NCBI RefSeq assembly: GCF_006345805.1
Contig: NC_043008.1
Location: 2,356,001 to 2,420,000 of the forward strand
Source: Octopus sinensis
Lineage: Eukaryota
DNA length: 64,000 bases
Reading direction: 5' to 3'
The position numbers and the translations under genes are program-made. The notes beneath the pieces are model-generated. The model made no database searches. It was not told the origin of the DNA and worked only from the letters and a program-made list of their open reading frames with translations. Positions 29,299 through 42,234 of the stretch are shown one piece after another (position 1 is the stretch's first letter; each line of letters opens with the position of its first letter).

Positions 29299-29465
29299 TA
29301 AAAATAATAATAATAACAACAACAACAACAACAATAATAATAATAATAATAATAATAATAACTAACAACAAAAATAATAATGTTGTTGTTGATGATGATG
29401 ATGACGAAGACTATGACGTTATTGATGATGATGATAATAATAGTAGTAGTAATAATAGTAATAAT
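29178..29465. repeat. (AAT)n/(AAC)n/(GAT)n compound array abutting an R4-like element
   Basis: Directly visible. Confidence 0.95.
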
Positions 29466-30235
29466 AAATGCACAGTCAGTTTCCAATAGATATGAGCCCC
29501 GAGACACAGAGAGAGGGGACTGGTGCTAATAGATATGGAGGAGTGACCTGAAGACAGAAACACGAACAAGCATTGAAGACAAACTATGTTATGTGCAGAA
29601 TTGATAGCACAACTGAGAGTGAGAAAAGCAGAATGTGTTGAGAAGGGTGACACAGTATGGCACATTGCGAATGTTTGAAATTGGCACAACACGAATACAA
29701 AAGACGATGGAGCAATTGTGTATTGAGGATTTTGTAGAAATGATGGTCTAGATTCATCAAAGAAACATCAAATGACCAAATCCAAGAGGGAGTTGCTGTG
29801 AATGAAGTGCTGTGAGATGCTATGATTCGGTATGATCAAACCTGATGTTGCTGTGATGAAGAAGAAAGTAATGAGAACATGACTGGTTATCGACAAAGTG
29901 TGTCCTGGTGATAATAGGATCAAGGAGAAGGAACTATGACATTGAGCAACCAACTATGATTAATTGAAATGAGAAATATGCAGGTGGGGGACGGGAAACC
30001 AGTAGTGATTGGCGTGCTTGGAAGTATCGAGTCTCAACTGGTGACGAGGTTGAAAATGATTTGTACAAATGTAAAGATAGAACACCTACGAAAATCAGCA
30101 TCGCTTGAAACTTCAAGACTCTCCTAGGGGTTCCTCAAGTATGATCAGTAAACAAGTGCTACATTAGCCTCCTGGCTGTCGAAGCAGACACTTTCCGTCA
30201 TACCCAGCAGCATGAGGTCAGAGTTATCATCAAAT
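29466..30235 (+). mobile_element. R4/Dong-like RLE non-LTR retrotransposon, 3' part (CCHC + restriction-like endonuclease), degraded
   Basis: Frameshifted translation: RMC.EKG.TVWHI..ECLKLAQHEYKRR, KPDVAVMKKK...VIDKVCPGDNRIKEKEL, PVVIGVLGSI, IEHLRKSASLETSRL; stop near 30142. Confidence 0.9.
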
Positions 30236-30295
30236 ACTAATGGTGATAATGATAGTGATGATGGTGACGACGCCGCCGACGACGACGACGACGAC

Positions 30296-30343
<48 letters not shown>

Positions 30344-30409
30344 TTCCTTAAATGGCGACGGAGCAGCAAATTACTTTTATTATTATAATAACGTATTGTA
30401 TGTATATAA

Positions 30410-30488
<79 letters not shown>

Positions 30489-32310
30489 CAGCTCGAATAT
30501 ATATAGACATATCGGCTTGCATATATGTATATGTTCATATGTAGATTGATAGACAAAATTATATATATTATGATATAAGCACGGGCGAATATCTTTGTTG
30601 TTCTATGAGTTCGCTGACATCTCTCTGTGTTCGTCTATTCTTTTTTTTATACACGTATCTCTCAATGAATAAGAATGTGTTGTTGCTTTTTCTTTTTGGG
30701 GCTCCTTTGTGCGTCTGCATATATTTCTATTCATACATGATTACATATACTAAAGGTGCTAATATATTGCAAATGTTAGATGTGTAATGGTACTACATAT
30801 TTTTCATTTCTGATACAAAGAATAAGCCATAGAGCAAAAGAAAAACCTGCTAAGAAATAGGAGTAGCAGTGATAATATTATTAATGCTGTTACTGTAATT
30901 TCTTCAGTTATTTATTGGAGAAGAGACATTTGTTTCATTTAACAGTAGTAAAATGGGTGAAAAAGTAAAACAAGAAACTTGTGCACCGTAAAGTATTGCA
31001 AACAGGGAAATATCTTAAAGAAACATGTTCTGGAGTAAATCTTATGTATGTACATTGATATACATATACATATCAAAAGCGGCGAGGGAACGGGAGAAAG
31101 ATAGACATGTAGAAACAAAGAGACAGAGAGAATGAAAGGAAAAAAGGAGGACAAATATTGGTCATTGGTTGCATTACATTGAGACAGGCCGACAGGTAAA
31201 ATGAAGTAAATAACATGAAGAAACGCAATTAGATTTGACAGGGACATTCAGAAATCTCTTCAGCCGTCGTGTTTTGCTAATGACTAGTCAGAAGCAAGCC
31301 CGAAAGTCTAACAGAGATCCCTCATTGATGTCTAATAATAAATATCATTAAATGTAGATATCGGGTAAGCAAAAAGAAGTCAGTAATGCCAAATGCCTGA
31401 TGAAGCATATGCATGAAATAAAGACATTACAAATATTATATAATGATATCCTCTGTATGTAACAATATTATTGCAAATGGATATGTGTTATGCAAAAAAA
31501 CATATGTTTCAATGCAGGAATAAAGTATAAAAATAACAATGCACACATCATCTTCATTATTGTATTTATCGCAAGTTGCAGTGAGTTCTACATATATAAC
31601 CTTACCATCTGATTGGAGCTTGAAAAGAACGGGTAATAGCCGACGAAAAGAAGCACAGAAGTTGTTTCTTTTTTTTTTTCGGGCGCATTCACATGTGTTT
31701 GCCCTCAGTTTACTAAAAAGATATGCATCTGCTTTTCTCGATTTGCGTATTTTCACATTTAGGAAAGATGTTCATAGACATTTATATTTTGAAAATTACA
31801 TCCAAATATCATTCAATTATTCAGAAGACTTTCAGCCGTCATACGGTTCCTAGCTTTGAATATATAACTTAGCCATGATTGATAATATCAGGATATACGG
31901 TGCGCATAAAAAAATATAATTGAAGATTTATTAACTTGCTCCTTGTTCATACACAATGATGACGATGCAACTTTCTAGTTAGTCATCAAAATTGACGAAA
32001 TGAATACTATTCGTCAAGAGAAAATATGTAATACTTTGGAAAAACACGAAATTAATCAAATTATTATTTTTTAAATTTGAAATAATGTATATCCAAGAAA
32101 GTAATCAAAATGTATTCCATCGGGAAACAGACTCTGACAAATTTAACTGAGAAAGCGTTTAGTTTTTCTGGTATGTTAGGTTTTTTCTATCAGTATTTGA
32201 ATCTCCCAGCATCTCTTCATTCTCTCTCAATACACTGTAAATTATGATTTTTAGAAATTATCCAAGCAACCGCTATTTATATATCTGGTATTATATTTGT
32301 TACATGTAAC

Positions 32311-32507
32311 AATCGTCAGCGCGCTGGACGAAATGCTTTGCAGTATTTCACCTGTTGCTACGTTCTGAGTTCAAATTCTGATGACGTCGACTTTGCATTT
32401 CATCCTTTCAAGTCAATAAAAGAAGTACCAGTTGTGTACTGGAGTCGACGCAATCGACAGTCACCTCCCTCAAATTTCATGTCTTGTGCTTGTGATAGAA
32501 ATTATTA
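32311..32507 (+). mobile_element. tRNA-derived SINE family C (Meta/Sauria-like domain), sense copy
   Basis: B-box-like gagttcaaatt, then gtcgactttgcatttcatccttt...aagtaccag; ends in attattat. Confidence 0.85.
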
Positions 32508-33430
32508 TATATGTTACATGTAATAGCAACGTATCAACGGGCGTATAATTTGGCAAATGAACTCTAAAGTTGGTTTGCCATGGTTAAAAAATCTTTTACG
32601 AGACGGAAATCTTTTACCAGCCTGAAAGATGCGAGTCTTCTGGGAAACGAGTGACACTGAGAGTACATCATGTGCAGATGTACAGCCCGGACTAAAACAA
32701 GAAAATTTACATGCATATCTGCATTTTCTGTTTGATTCAAAATTCGATTCCGTAATTAAGTTGCATTTTTAAAGAACAAAGTCAAAAGTAGCACCAAAAG
32801 TGCTGCCAATCTTTTGCAGACGGCTGTAAATAGTGGTACTGATGTATTCTCTACAATAATTCGTAGCGATGTTTCATCATGAACTTGGCACAAACCGTAC
32901 AATTATTAAGAAAAATGCCTGTCTGTATATCGAATAATATGTAGGGAAGTATATACTACCAATAGGCGTCCTCGTTCAGAAGAATTTGTGCTATTATTTG
33001 GAAGTAAAGCATGGTAGATCTCGTATCGAATAACGGATATAGCCTCTACTCAGGAAAACGTGTTCGAGAATTGCATAACAACGTCAACGATTACGTTAGA
33101 AAACTTCTGCTTTAGAAATAAAGTTTAAAGAATATCACGCGCAAAATATATTTAACTTTCAGCTGAGCGAGTGGGAAATCGGGAAATTGAAAAACAATTT
33201 GCATCCTCGTTAATAAATGGAATACAAACATTAAGACTGGATTGGGAAACATCATGTGCATCGACTCATCTAACTATGACAAGCTACTCGGGCATTAAGA
33301 TATTTTACAAACATAGGGAAAATAAAAACTCGACAGCATTACACACACACACATACACAAACTCGCACACATACACACGCACACACACAAACACACACAC
33401 ATGCACATACATATATACATACGTGCGTGC

Positions 33431-33463
<33 letters not shown>

Positions 33464-34412
33464 CATACATACATGCATACATACATATGTATATGTAGTT
33501 ATACACTCATTCTTTACAGAAACACACCCACAAAGATGCGATATGATTAACGGAATTTATTTGACATTATTTTTTTTCATTACTTTTGCTTTCATCGCTT
33601 CATCTTTTCCCTTAATAACTTTCAGTTTCTCCACGTTATATCTAAGAAGTACAACACACAAAATTATGCCGTATTGCTATTTTACAACATTTCGTCGGAG
33701 TTACAAAAGGTAGAACACTAACCTGCGAATAACATATTACTGAAGGTACGTATAAATATTTATATTAAGTCTTATGCAGTCAAAAATTAACAATACGAAT
33801 TTTCATTTCTTGATGTGTTTGTAATCATATTATTAAAAGACCTGGTCAACATGCAGATTTTCTACATTATTCTAGCCAAAACATTTACATCTTTCAAAAT
33901 CTACATACGTGACTCTATATTACCTTTTAATCATTTAATTCTTTACTTAATTTTACATCATATTTATAGACAACGAAGACCATCTTCAGATTGGCACACA
34001 TCAATAAAAACCTGAACTTCTCTGTCATCTCTGCAAAACGTTTTGGACCTGTTACTTTTATACTTATAAACGAATCGAAATGGAAAGCAGTGATTGAGAA
34101 TATGCAAATCAAAATGTAATTTATTAAAATAATTTATCATTCAATACTTCATAGAAGGTATATGGCTTTCTCTCCTCACTCGATAATCCATACAATATAG
34201 ATATAGGTCTGTGTCTCGGCATACTACAGCAGACATTAAGGCAAGATACACGCACGTGTGCAGACATAATCACACATTTTCCCAACTGTACAAACAACAA
34301 GAGACACAAAGAAGGTACTTTAAGAAGTTTATGTGACCTCTTAGCTAAATTGACATTATATAGAAAATGAAATTTACGTACGAACTATATATGTGTAATG
34401 TTCAAAAAAACA

Positions 34413-34444
<32 letters not shown>

Positions 34445-35329
34445 AAGTTATTCATAAACCCAAAACAATCTCCAAAAGCTTTTACTCAGGGTTTAATATA
34501 ACCATCCGACTTTGGCGAACAGTCACATGAAACTGAATCACCTTTTCTGGAGGTTTTTTTGGCTTTCATAACCAGTATAGTATTCTACCTTTGTGAAAGA
34601 GACAAAAAGGAAAAGAAGACAGAGAGCGAGAGAGAGAGAGATAGAGAGAGAGAAAGAACAAAGAAAGTGTGAGTCAGGGAATTTTGTGATAGTACAATAT
34701 AGTCCCCTGAGCTAACATCTATCTTGCACGTACATACTTGCAAAAAAAAACAAAAAAACAAACAATGCATGTCTCTTCAAGCACTCATGAATCTAATTGA
34801 GAAACTCAAATAATTACTGGACCAACCATCTATACAAAGTTATACCCAAGGAAGATGGGCTGTTCTTACCTCAGTTATGAAGAGAACTGAAGCCATAGAA
34901 CTTCAGCAATACTGAAAAACAGTCAATAATATACGATCATAATTGAATTGTGTTGCAACCAATCGAAAGGTGTCACAAAGCTACAGTTATATACTTACAC
35001 ATAACATTGTATACAATATGCCGATTTCTGGCGAATATTATTAGAGGCAAATTAAATCTCATTTGTGTATTTTACTTAAAAGATTTAATAGTGACTCCTA
35101 ATAACTGTTCCATGTCACTACTGCACGTGATGTTTGTCGTATATTTCATTCTAGCATCTACTCAGTTAGGAGTCTGTAATTAAATACCTCGTTGCAATTT
35201 CTAGATCACTGAGGAATATTATTCCGCATCGTCTGTCGGTTGTTTTTTAATAACTTGCATCAAAATTTAAGGAGGAATATTTATTGAATATAAAAATATA
35301 GTATGATTAGCAGCATAAGCAGTGGGAGT

Positions 35330-35383
35330 ATTAGCAGCAGCAACAGCAATAGTAGTAACAGCAGCAGCAACAGCGGTAGTAGT

Positions 35384-35421
<38 letters not shown>

Positions 35422-35440
35422 TAGTAGTAGTAGTAGTAGT
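35330..35440. repeat. (CAG/CAA)n then (TAG)n microsatellite
   Basis: Directly visible. Confidence 0.9.
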
Positions 35441-36158
35441 CAAAATTGTCTGGTTCAGCTGCGGTGAATGACATTTAATTTGCAATTCTTCGCATTAAAA
35501 TTAGTAAGCAAAAAGAAGTCTGATAGGAATTTGTGTGAATTTTATTTTAAATAATAACATCACGTGTTATATTATCGAAACAACATAAACGAGATGAGAA
35601 TTTTACATTTTCTATGATATCAATAACATTATAAATATTAATCTTTGACATGTAGAGAATTATGTTTTGTCGGAATATGTGATGAAAGTTTTTGTTCTGT
35701 TGCTTAAAGTCAAATTGAAACTACGTATTGAACCTGACAACTATTTGCGTTGAAGCAAATGGAGAAAAGCATCTATGTGGCCGTTTGGCCTGCTGGATGT
35801 GTTAGTTCAAAATCTTCGTAGCGCCTGTCTTTACTCTTGTCCTTGATGGCTTGGGATAAGAAAAAAATGTCCCTTGTTCATCTTATATGAGGAATCACCG
35901 AATGTCTCCATGCACTACCTGCCTGAAAAGAATACTCAGATACTCCCATGTCCCTGGTGATGGAGTATCTGGATCTGATCATCAAATTCAGGAGTTCTTT
36001 TCGTATCAGAACTTTCAGAGTTAGTTTCCGAGCTGCTGTATCTTTCTAATCACAATTAGACACATCCAACCTTTTCCGGATCCTATGCACTGTCCTCAAT
36101 GCACTGTGTATGTGTATCTGTGTGTGTCTGTATGTGTGTGTGTGTGTGTAACTGTGTG

Positions 36159-36200
<42 letters not shown>

Positions 36201-36244
36201 TGTGTCCCGATATTTTGGAACGGGAAGCGCGGCAACTTCCACCT

Positions 36245-36460
36245 GGCGCCAAACAAAATGTAAGAACCCAGATAGTGGCCAAATCAGCTACTCTGTGTAG
36301 ATAAAGAGAAATAACCGAGGAAACTAAACCATAGATGTTGTTTGGTGCTAGAGGGGAACTGCTTAGCTACCCGTTCGAAAATATAAGGACACATATGGTG
36401 TGACATATAGCCATTTAGAAACGACGTTTCTTTAGGCTAAAACAACAGTAACATCGTCCT
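36245..36460 (+). mobile_element. Hammerhead-bearing repeat family, copy 2 (core decayed)
   Basis: tctgtg-tagataa-agagaaataaccgag-gaaa-ctaaac-cataga at 36292-36335 is positionally homologous to the 26.5-kb hammerhead. Downstream about 120 bp also aligns. Confidence 0.75.
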
Positions 36461-36531
36461 TTTCAGGACAGCCACCTTACGTTGGCAAATAGCCTTTATT
36501 TTATATGGACTTACATACAAATACACACTCA

Positions 36532-36815
36532 TACATATCTGAGCAATAAGTATTCCGTCTGTTTCCATATTGACGAAGCAAAAGCACGCAGAGTGAAGCA
36601 GCTTGACACATGTGGACACTGGGCAGTGAATTATCCTGAGCATGCGCACTAAACTTTAACGATCTGTCTCACTTTCGCTACTGACAGAAGTGCAGGAAAG
36701 TAAAGTTTGTCTCGTGTAATCTTCGCATTGACCATGACAGAGGAAGTTCAGCAGAGAATGAGTATCAAATTTTGTCAAAATCTTGGCGATACTTGCTTTG
36801 AAGCCTACGCAAAGT
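36532..36815 (+). mobile_element. Mariner left end: TIR, 5' UTR and transposase start
   Basis: TIR-like tacatatctgagcaataagtattccgtctg. ATG at 36734 gives MTEEVQQRMSIKFCQNLGDTCFEAYAK, a mariner first helix-turn-helix. Confidence 0.85.
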
Positions 36816-37411
36816 TTTCGAAAAAAGTTGTCATCTTTCTCGACACAATCAAGGTGATCTAGTGCATCTGAATCCAAAGTGACTTTTTGGTCAGCTGAAA
36901 GCAGTTTTGGCATAAACTTGGCTAACACACGTGTCATACACAAACCCCCAGAGATAATGGACTGAACTGTACCGTGACGAATATAAACATAGTCGGATCA
37001 CTAACGGATGGAGATTCGGCGATTTCACCTTCCCTGCTGCACGTACATCCACGATGTCTTTCTCGGTTCTCCTGGTTGCGTGTCTCTCAGAATGTTTGTC
37101 ACTATCCACATTTGTTCGGCCATAATGGAAACGTCAGAACCAATCGTGTGCTGCTCAAACGCTCATCTCTATACATTTACTGCAAATGTGCGTTGGCCAG
37201 GTATCAGCAGGACAGGTTTCTCTGTCATGATCGATGCAACGATAATTCGCTACACACGTTACTTCCTAGCATGGGTGTAAAAAGCAGAGATGAGCTAGAA
37301 GTTCCAACATAGTGCGGTTGCACGGCAGAGATGAAAATCTCTCTGGCATTAGCGGCTTTTTAGATTCCTTGCAATAGCAACCGTCCAGGTACTTATTGAT
37401 CAAACCTCGTA
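36815..37411 (-). mobile_element. Second mariner left end on the opposite strand: TIR through the WVPxxL-type linker
   Basis: TIR tacgaggtttgatcaataagtacctggacgg ends at 37411. ATG at 37228 (MTEK...), then DSDKHSERHATRRTEKDIVDVRAA and MTRVLAKFMPKLLSADQK...DHLDCVEKDDNFFRK. Confidence 0.9.
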
Positions 37412-37447
37412 TATGCATGTAATCAAAGCAATGGTATATCATTAAGT

Positions 37448-37479
37448 GTATATGTGCACACACACACACAGACACACAG

Positions 37480-37524
<45 letters not shown>

Positions 37525-37671
37525 GTACATATATATATATATATGTACATATATATATATTATATATATATATATATGTATGTATGTGTGTGTGTATATA
37601 TATATATATATATAGGTATATATGCACACACATACATATATATATATATATGTACATATATATATATATAT

Positions 37672-37754
<83 letters not shown>

Positions 37755-37767
37755 ATATAGTTATATT

Positions 37768-37827
<60 letters not shown>
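37448..37827. repeat. Long (CA)n/(TA)n array
   Basis: Directly visible. Confidence 0.95.
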
Positions 37828-37829
<2 letters not shown>

Positions 37830-40800
37830 AAACATGAAATAAGTTATCGGGTGAAGCCTAGATTCAACAATACTAATATTTTTTAATTATGTAAATTAAT
37901 CGTGATTGATAAGCTAAAATCTGGGGCAGTACAAAATATGGGTGTTGAGTGGTCGTGTGTAATTATAAATACTGTAAACTGATACAGTCAGACAGTTCTA
38001 ATTACTGAAATTAATATTTTGATAGATGACTGTAATTACACTCAGATATATTGAGATGCTAATGAATACATCGGTGAAATGTTTGACAGATTATGTGTTT
38101 ACTAAATGAAGAAAAATAAAACGAATATCATTTATTTTCTGTCAGCTAATCTGAGATATAATTTGTTACGTGTTTCATCTGGAGATAGGAGCTGTTGGAT
38201 AGCTTTTGCATAAGTTTTGAGGTAATGACACCGTCGTTCTTTAGATTTCAAAGCTATAAGCAAGTGTGGTAATTCGAGAAATAAACTGCGTTTGTTTACA
38301 CACATGGATATCATCCTTCGTAAAGAACATAATTTTTATATCCACTCAGTTAGTCCTGTAATATTTCTGGAGGTGCACATTTCCTCAAGCGCTCGAGGAT
38401 GTAGTGTGTGTTGGAGAAAGAAAGTTAAGCGTCGAAATTACGTTAAGTACAAGCTTTCAAGACACAATTATATGTCAAAAGGTTTCTTAAAATAATAATG
38501 AATACAACGGTGATATATAGACTGCCAATATTTATCAAGAATTGCCTACTCCATCATTGCACTTCACATGATTCTGAAATGAAAGTACGCATTATATATT
38601 GTACATCTGTCCATACTATTCTAGAAAAATATGTGAATTACATATATTTTTCATTAAAAAACTGATCCATCAGATCTGACCTGAGACTGAAGACGAACAC
38701 CCACTCACTCAAAAAACATACAGTATGACTCTCTGTGCTGCGAGCAACGATTGATAAACAATAAGTATATTTTCATCAATTTCAATATTTTAGCAAGTGA
38801 TGGTTGTGTTTCTTAGAAAAAGAAGTATTATTTTTGTCATTCTTGCCAACATTTCAATACAAATTAGTTACAGTCGCCCCAAATTTTGCCTTAATCTCAT
38901 ACCGAATATATGAATTTGTATTAGATCCAAAAATTCATAAATAATTCAGGACAAAATGGGACTTCACCCAACAGGAAATCCCTTAATATATTGAAATGCG
39001 AAGGTATTATCATATTACAGTTAAGTCTTGTACAGTGGGTGAGGTTGTAGGTACATACGAGTTAAAATCTGCAGTCGGTTACGATTCGAGAGAAATTCGT
39101 CAATGTTTTGATTAGCAAATGATGCTTGTAAGATAAGTGAGACATGCAACCATAAAGATACCATAATGTCATAATAATAAGTGTTGATTAGATTGAAACT
39201 ACTTGATATACTATACAAAAATAACAACTTAAGATACTAGTAAATCCACACTGTTTTACGTTTATATAAAATTCCAATTAATGAAATTTTGAAGAATTAT
39301 CACTAATAAGAATAAGTGTTTAAGGTGAAAAAGCAGCTTCGTTAAGCTAAATTTATGTAGGATGATTGTAATTGAGCACAGGAAATAATGAGGTAAAAAC
39401 ATGGGAAGATGGAAGGCAGCTACGTAGAAAAGAGGCGATGTTGTCAGATAAAGACTTTCAAACACGTGGGTTCATGGACATAAATGATATGCGTTTATAG
39501 CCACAATTGTTTTGAAATGAACGGCTCTTCTCATTTACAATAATTAGGAAAATGTTTCTCTCTGAAGCTCATTCTTTAAATAATTTTATGCCACATCGTC
39601 CAACGTTTTTCTAGGTTGTCCTCTCCCATATATTCATGTATTCATTCTCTACAAGCAGTTGACAGAAAACATTCAGAGCATTGATTGTTTAGACAAGATC
39701 AGCCAAACGTGTCAATCATAAGTTAGGATGCCAAATATTGTCCCTTGATACTAACACACGGACGAAGCGGGGAACCTATAAACATTTCTAAGACCAATCA
39801 TGTGACTATCCTCTACCAATAAAATCCTATTCAAAACATATACTAATTTGAGCCATGAACTCCCTATGAAAATAGGGCAAGCTTCAAACTCTAGTCAGAA
39901 AGCAAGACACCTGCTGCGACATAAGCCGAATCTTTCTATTTGAGCTTCTTGATATCGACGTCAACTATGAAAGCGGTTAAGGCTTCAAGTATATTCATAA
40001 CAAAGTATGCATCTATTCCCAGTGCATTTTTAACTGCTATTTCTCCCGAAAGTCTCAGTATAGAAGACACGTAGTAGGGCTCAAGAGGATTCAAACTGAG
40101 GCTCCGTTGTCTTTACAGAGGATTGATTCCACAGGGGAAGTATAGCTACAAGAAGGATGAATATAGAGGCAATTATGCGGACACACAAATTAGATATATT
40201 AAATGCATTATAATCGTTTGGGCATGAGACAAATGTATGTATATATGTATACTTAAAAAATGAGAGAAGGCAGAAGACGGAGACTTTCAGACGATGAATA
40301 TTAAACTCCTTTCTCATGTATACATATATACATATTTTGTGTTTCATGCCAAAACTATTACCTTACACTTAATATATCTATGTTTGCTTATCCGCATAAT
40401 TGCACCCCTCTCTCCCCCTCCCTATGTCCCTCTCTTTATATATATATATATAAAGGGTTATTCGATTGACGAAGATGGGGCTATATACCATCTGGAACCA
40501 TATTATCTTCAACGTTTACTCGTGGGATGAGTAAATAGCTTATGGTAACGTTAGCTAGAACTGGTTGTTCTTTTTGTTGACATCGTTGTTTATGGCTGCT
40601 TTTGCTCTGGCACAATCACTCGTTCCAGTAATGACAGAGAAGAAATGTTATCAATATATTGCAAAATCTTGCATTTACAGCTCAGTCAATATGTATGTTT
40701 AGACTACATGATTTTTCAATTGCAAATGAAACCTTTCCTTTAGTGTGACCGATTGTAATGAAAGTAGAATTTCGCTACTCTCTGAGAGCTGAACCTTCTT

Positions 40801-42165
40801 CTGTCTCCTATTTTGTGATGATAAATAAACTATCACCATCCCCTTTGTCAGTTTCAATCTCTGCAGTAGTTAGAATATAATAACGATGTTAATTAGGTAA
40901 AGCGCAAAACAAGATATTAGCTGAAGATAATTAAAATTTATATATATTTTTTTTTCATTGTATAAATTATATTGTAAAAAACCCAACATTAATAATTGAA
41001 ATTTGATGTTTGTCTCAGAACAGTCTTATTTCAGTACTGAAGGTAGGGTGGGGTGTAAAGATACGTCAGAATCGTTCTAGCAGATACTTTATGCGACCGT
41101 ATCACGAAACACGACACATATACGAGACTTACCTTAAGAATGTAAAACAGTATTATAAAACAGTTTTATAATTTATCATATACACAAACGTGTATAGTGA
41201 GAATAAAACAGTTTTTAAAAGTATTTCACATATATGTACTACCATCCATGTATACACATACAGATATCTGCACTTACGCAATCACACACGTGCATACTAC
41301 CAGCTTAAAATTATGAAAATTGCCTAAATGATTAAGAAATAATAAGCGAAGAATCCAGTGTAGTTGACAACTAAATTTCAAGAGAGAGAGATAAAGAGAG
41401 ACAGACAGACAGAGACAGCGAGAGAAGATAAGCAGAAAGAGACTGTGGGAGAACTTTAGAGAGAATCTATATACAAACGAAAGTAAAGATAGATTTTGAT
41501 GAATATAAAGAGGAAAATAGGAATATAAAGATAAGTACAGAATGAAAAAAAGACAGAAAACAAACCTGTACAAATACAAAGCTTAAGATATATCGAGGCA
41601 GGGAAATAAAAAGAGACCAAGACGAGAAGTGTGGAGAAATACAGAACGATAATCAGGGGGGAGAGGGGGGATTTGAGAAATAGTGCACACATTAAATACA
41701 TAATTACATTAAATATAGAAAATAAAAATAATCAAGTAACGAGCTTGTTTATACCTGCAGCTATGTAAACAAGCCTGACAAAGGTGAATAATGTAAAGAC
41801 TTCAGTTTTGCTGTAATATCTTTTATTGAAATTCATGATGATCATCATCAATATGCGACTTTCTTTTCAATTGAAACACTGGATTTTATTGAGTGCGCGT
41901 TGCTGCAGATGCTGTAAGTGTGTGGCAGTGTTTGTGTATAAACTGCGAACAAATATGCAGTTGGTTATATATGTGTGTGCGTGAGTGTGTGTGTGTGCGT
42001 GAGTGTGTGTGTGTCTGTGTGAGTTTGTCTGCCTGCGTGTTCCTATGAGTGTGAGTACTCGTGTGCATGTGTTTGTGTGTATGTGTGTCTAAGTACTTAG
42101 ATTGATATGTGTGTTGCTAATCGCACTTATTAATATCACAAACATATATACACAGATGCACAAAG

Positions 42166-42234
<69 letters not shown>

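Noticed and set aside
31383-31430. ctgatga-agcatatgcat-gaaa with outer gtaatg/cattac pairing
   Set aside because: No valid stem III or NUH site in register.
33171-33713. 180-aa plus ORF
   Set aside because: The middle is a CA/TA array; the unique part has an acceptor but no donor or motif.
38145-38220. Plus-strand segment with strong acceptor and gag|gtaatg donor
   Set aside because: Stops in all three frames and no other support; could only be UTR.
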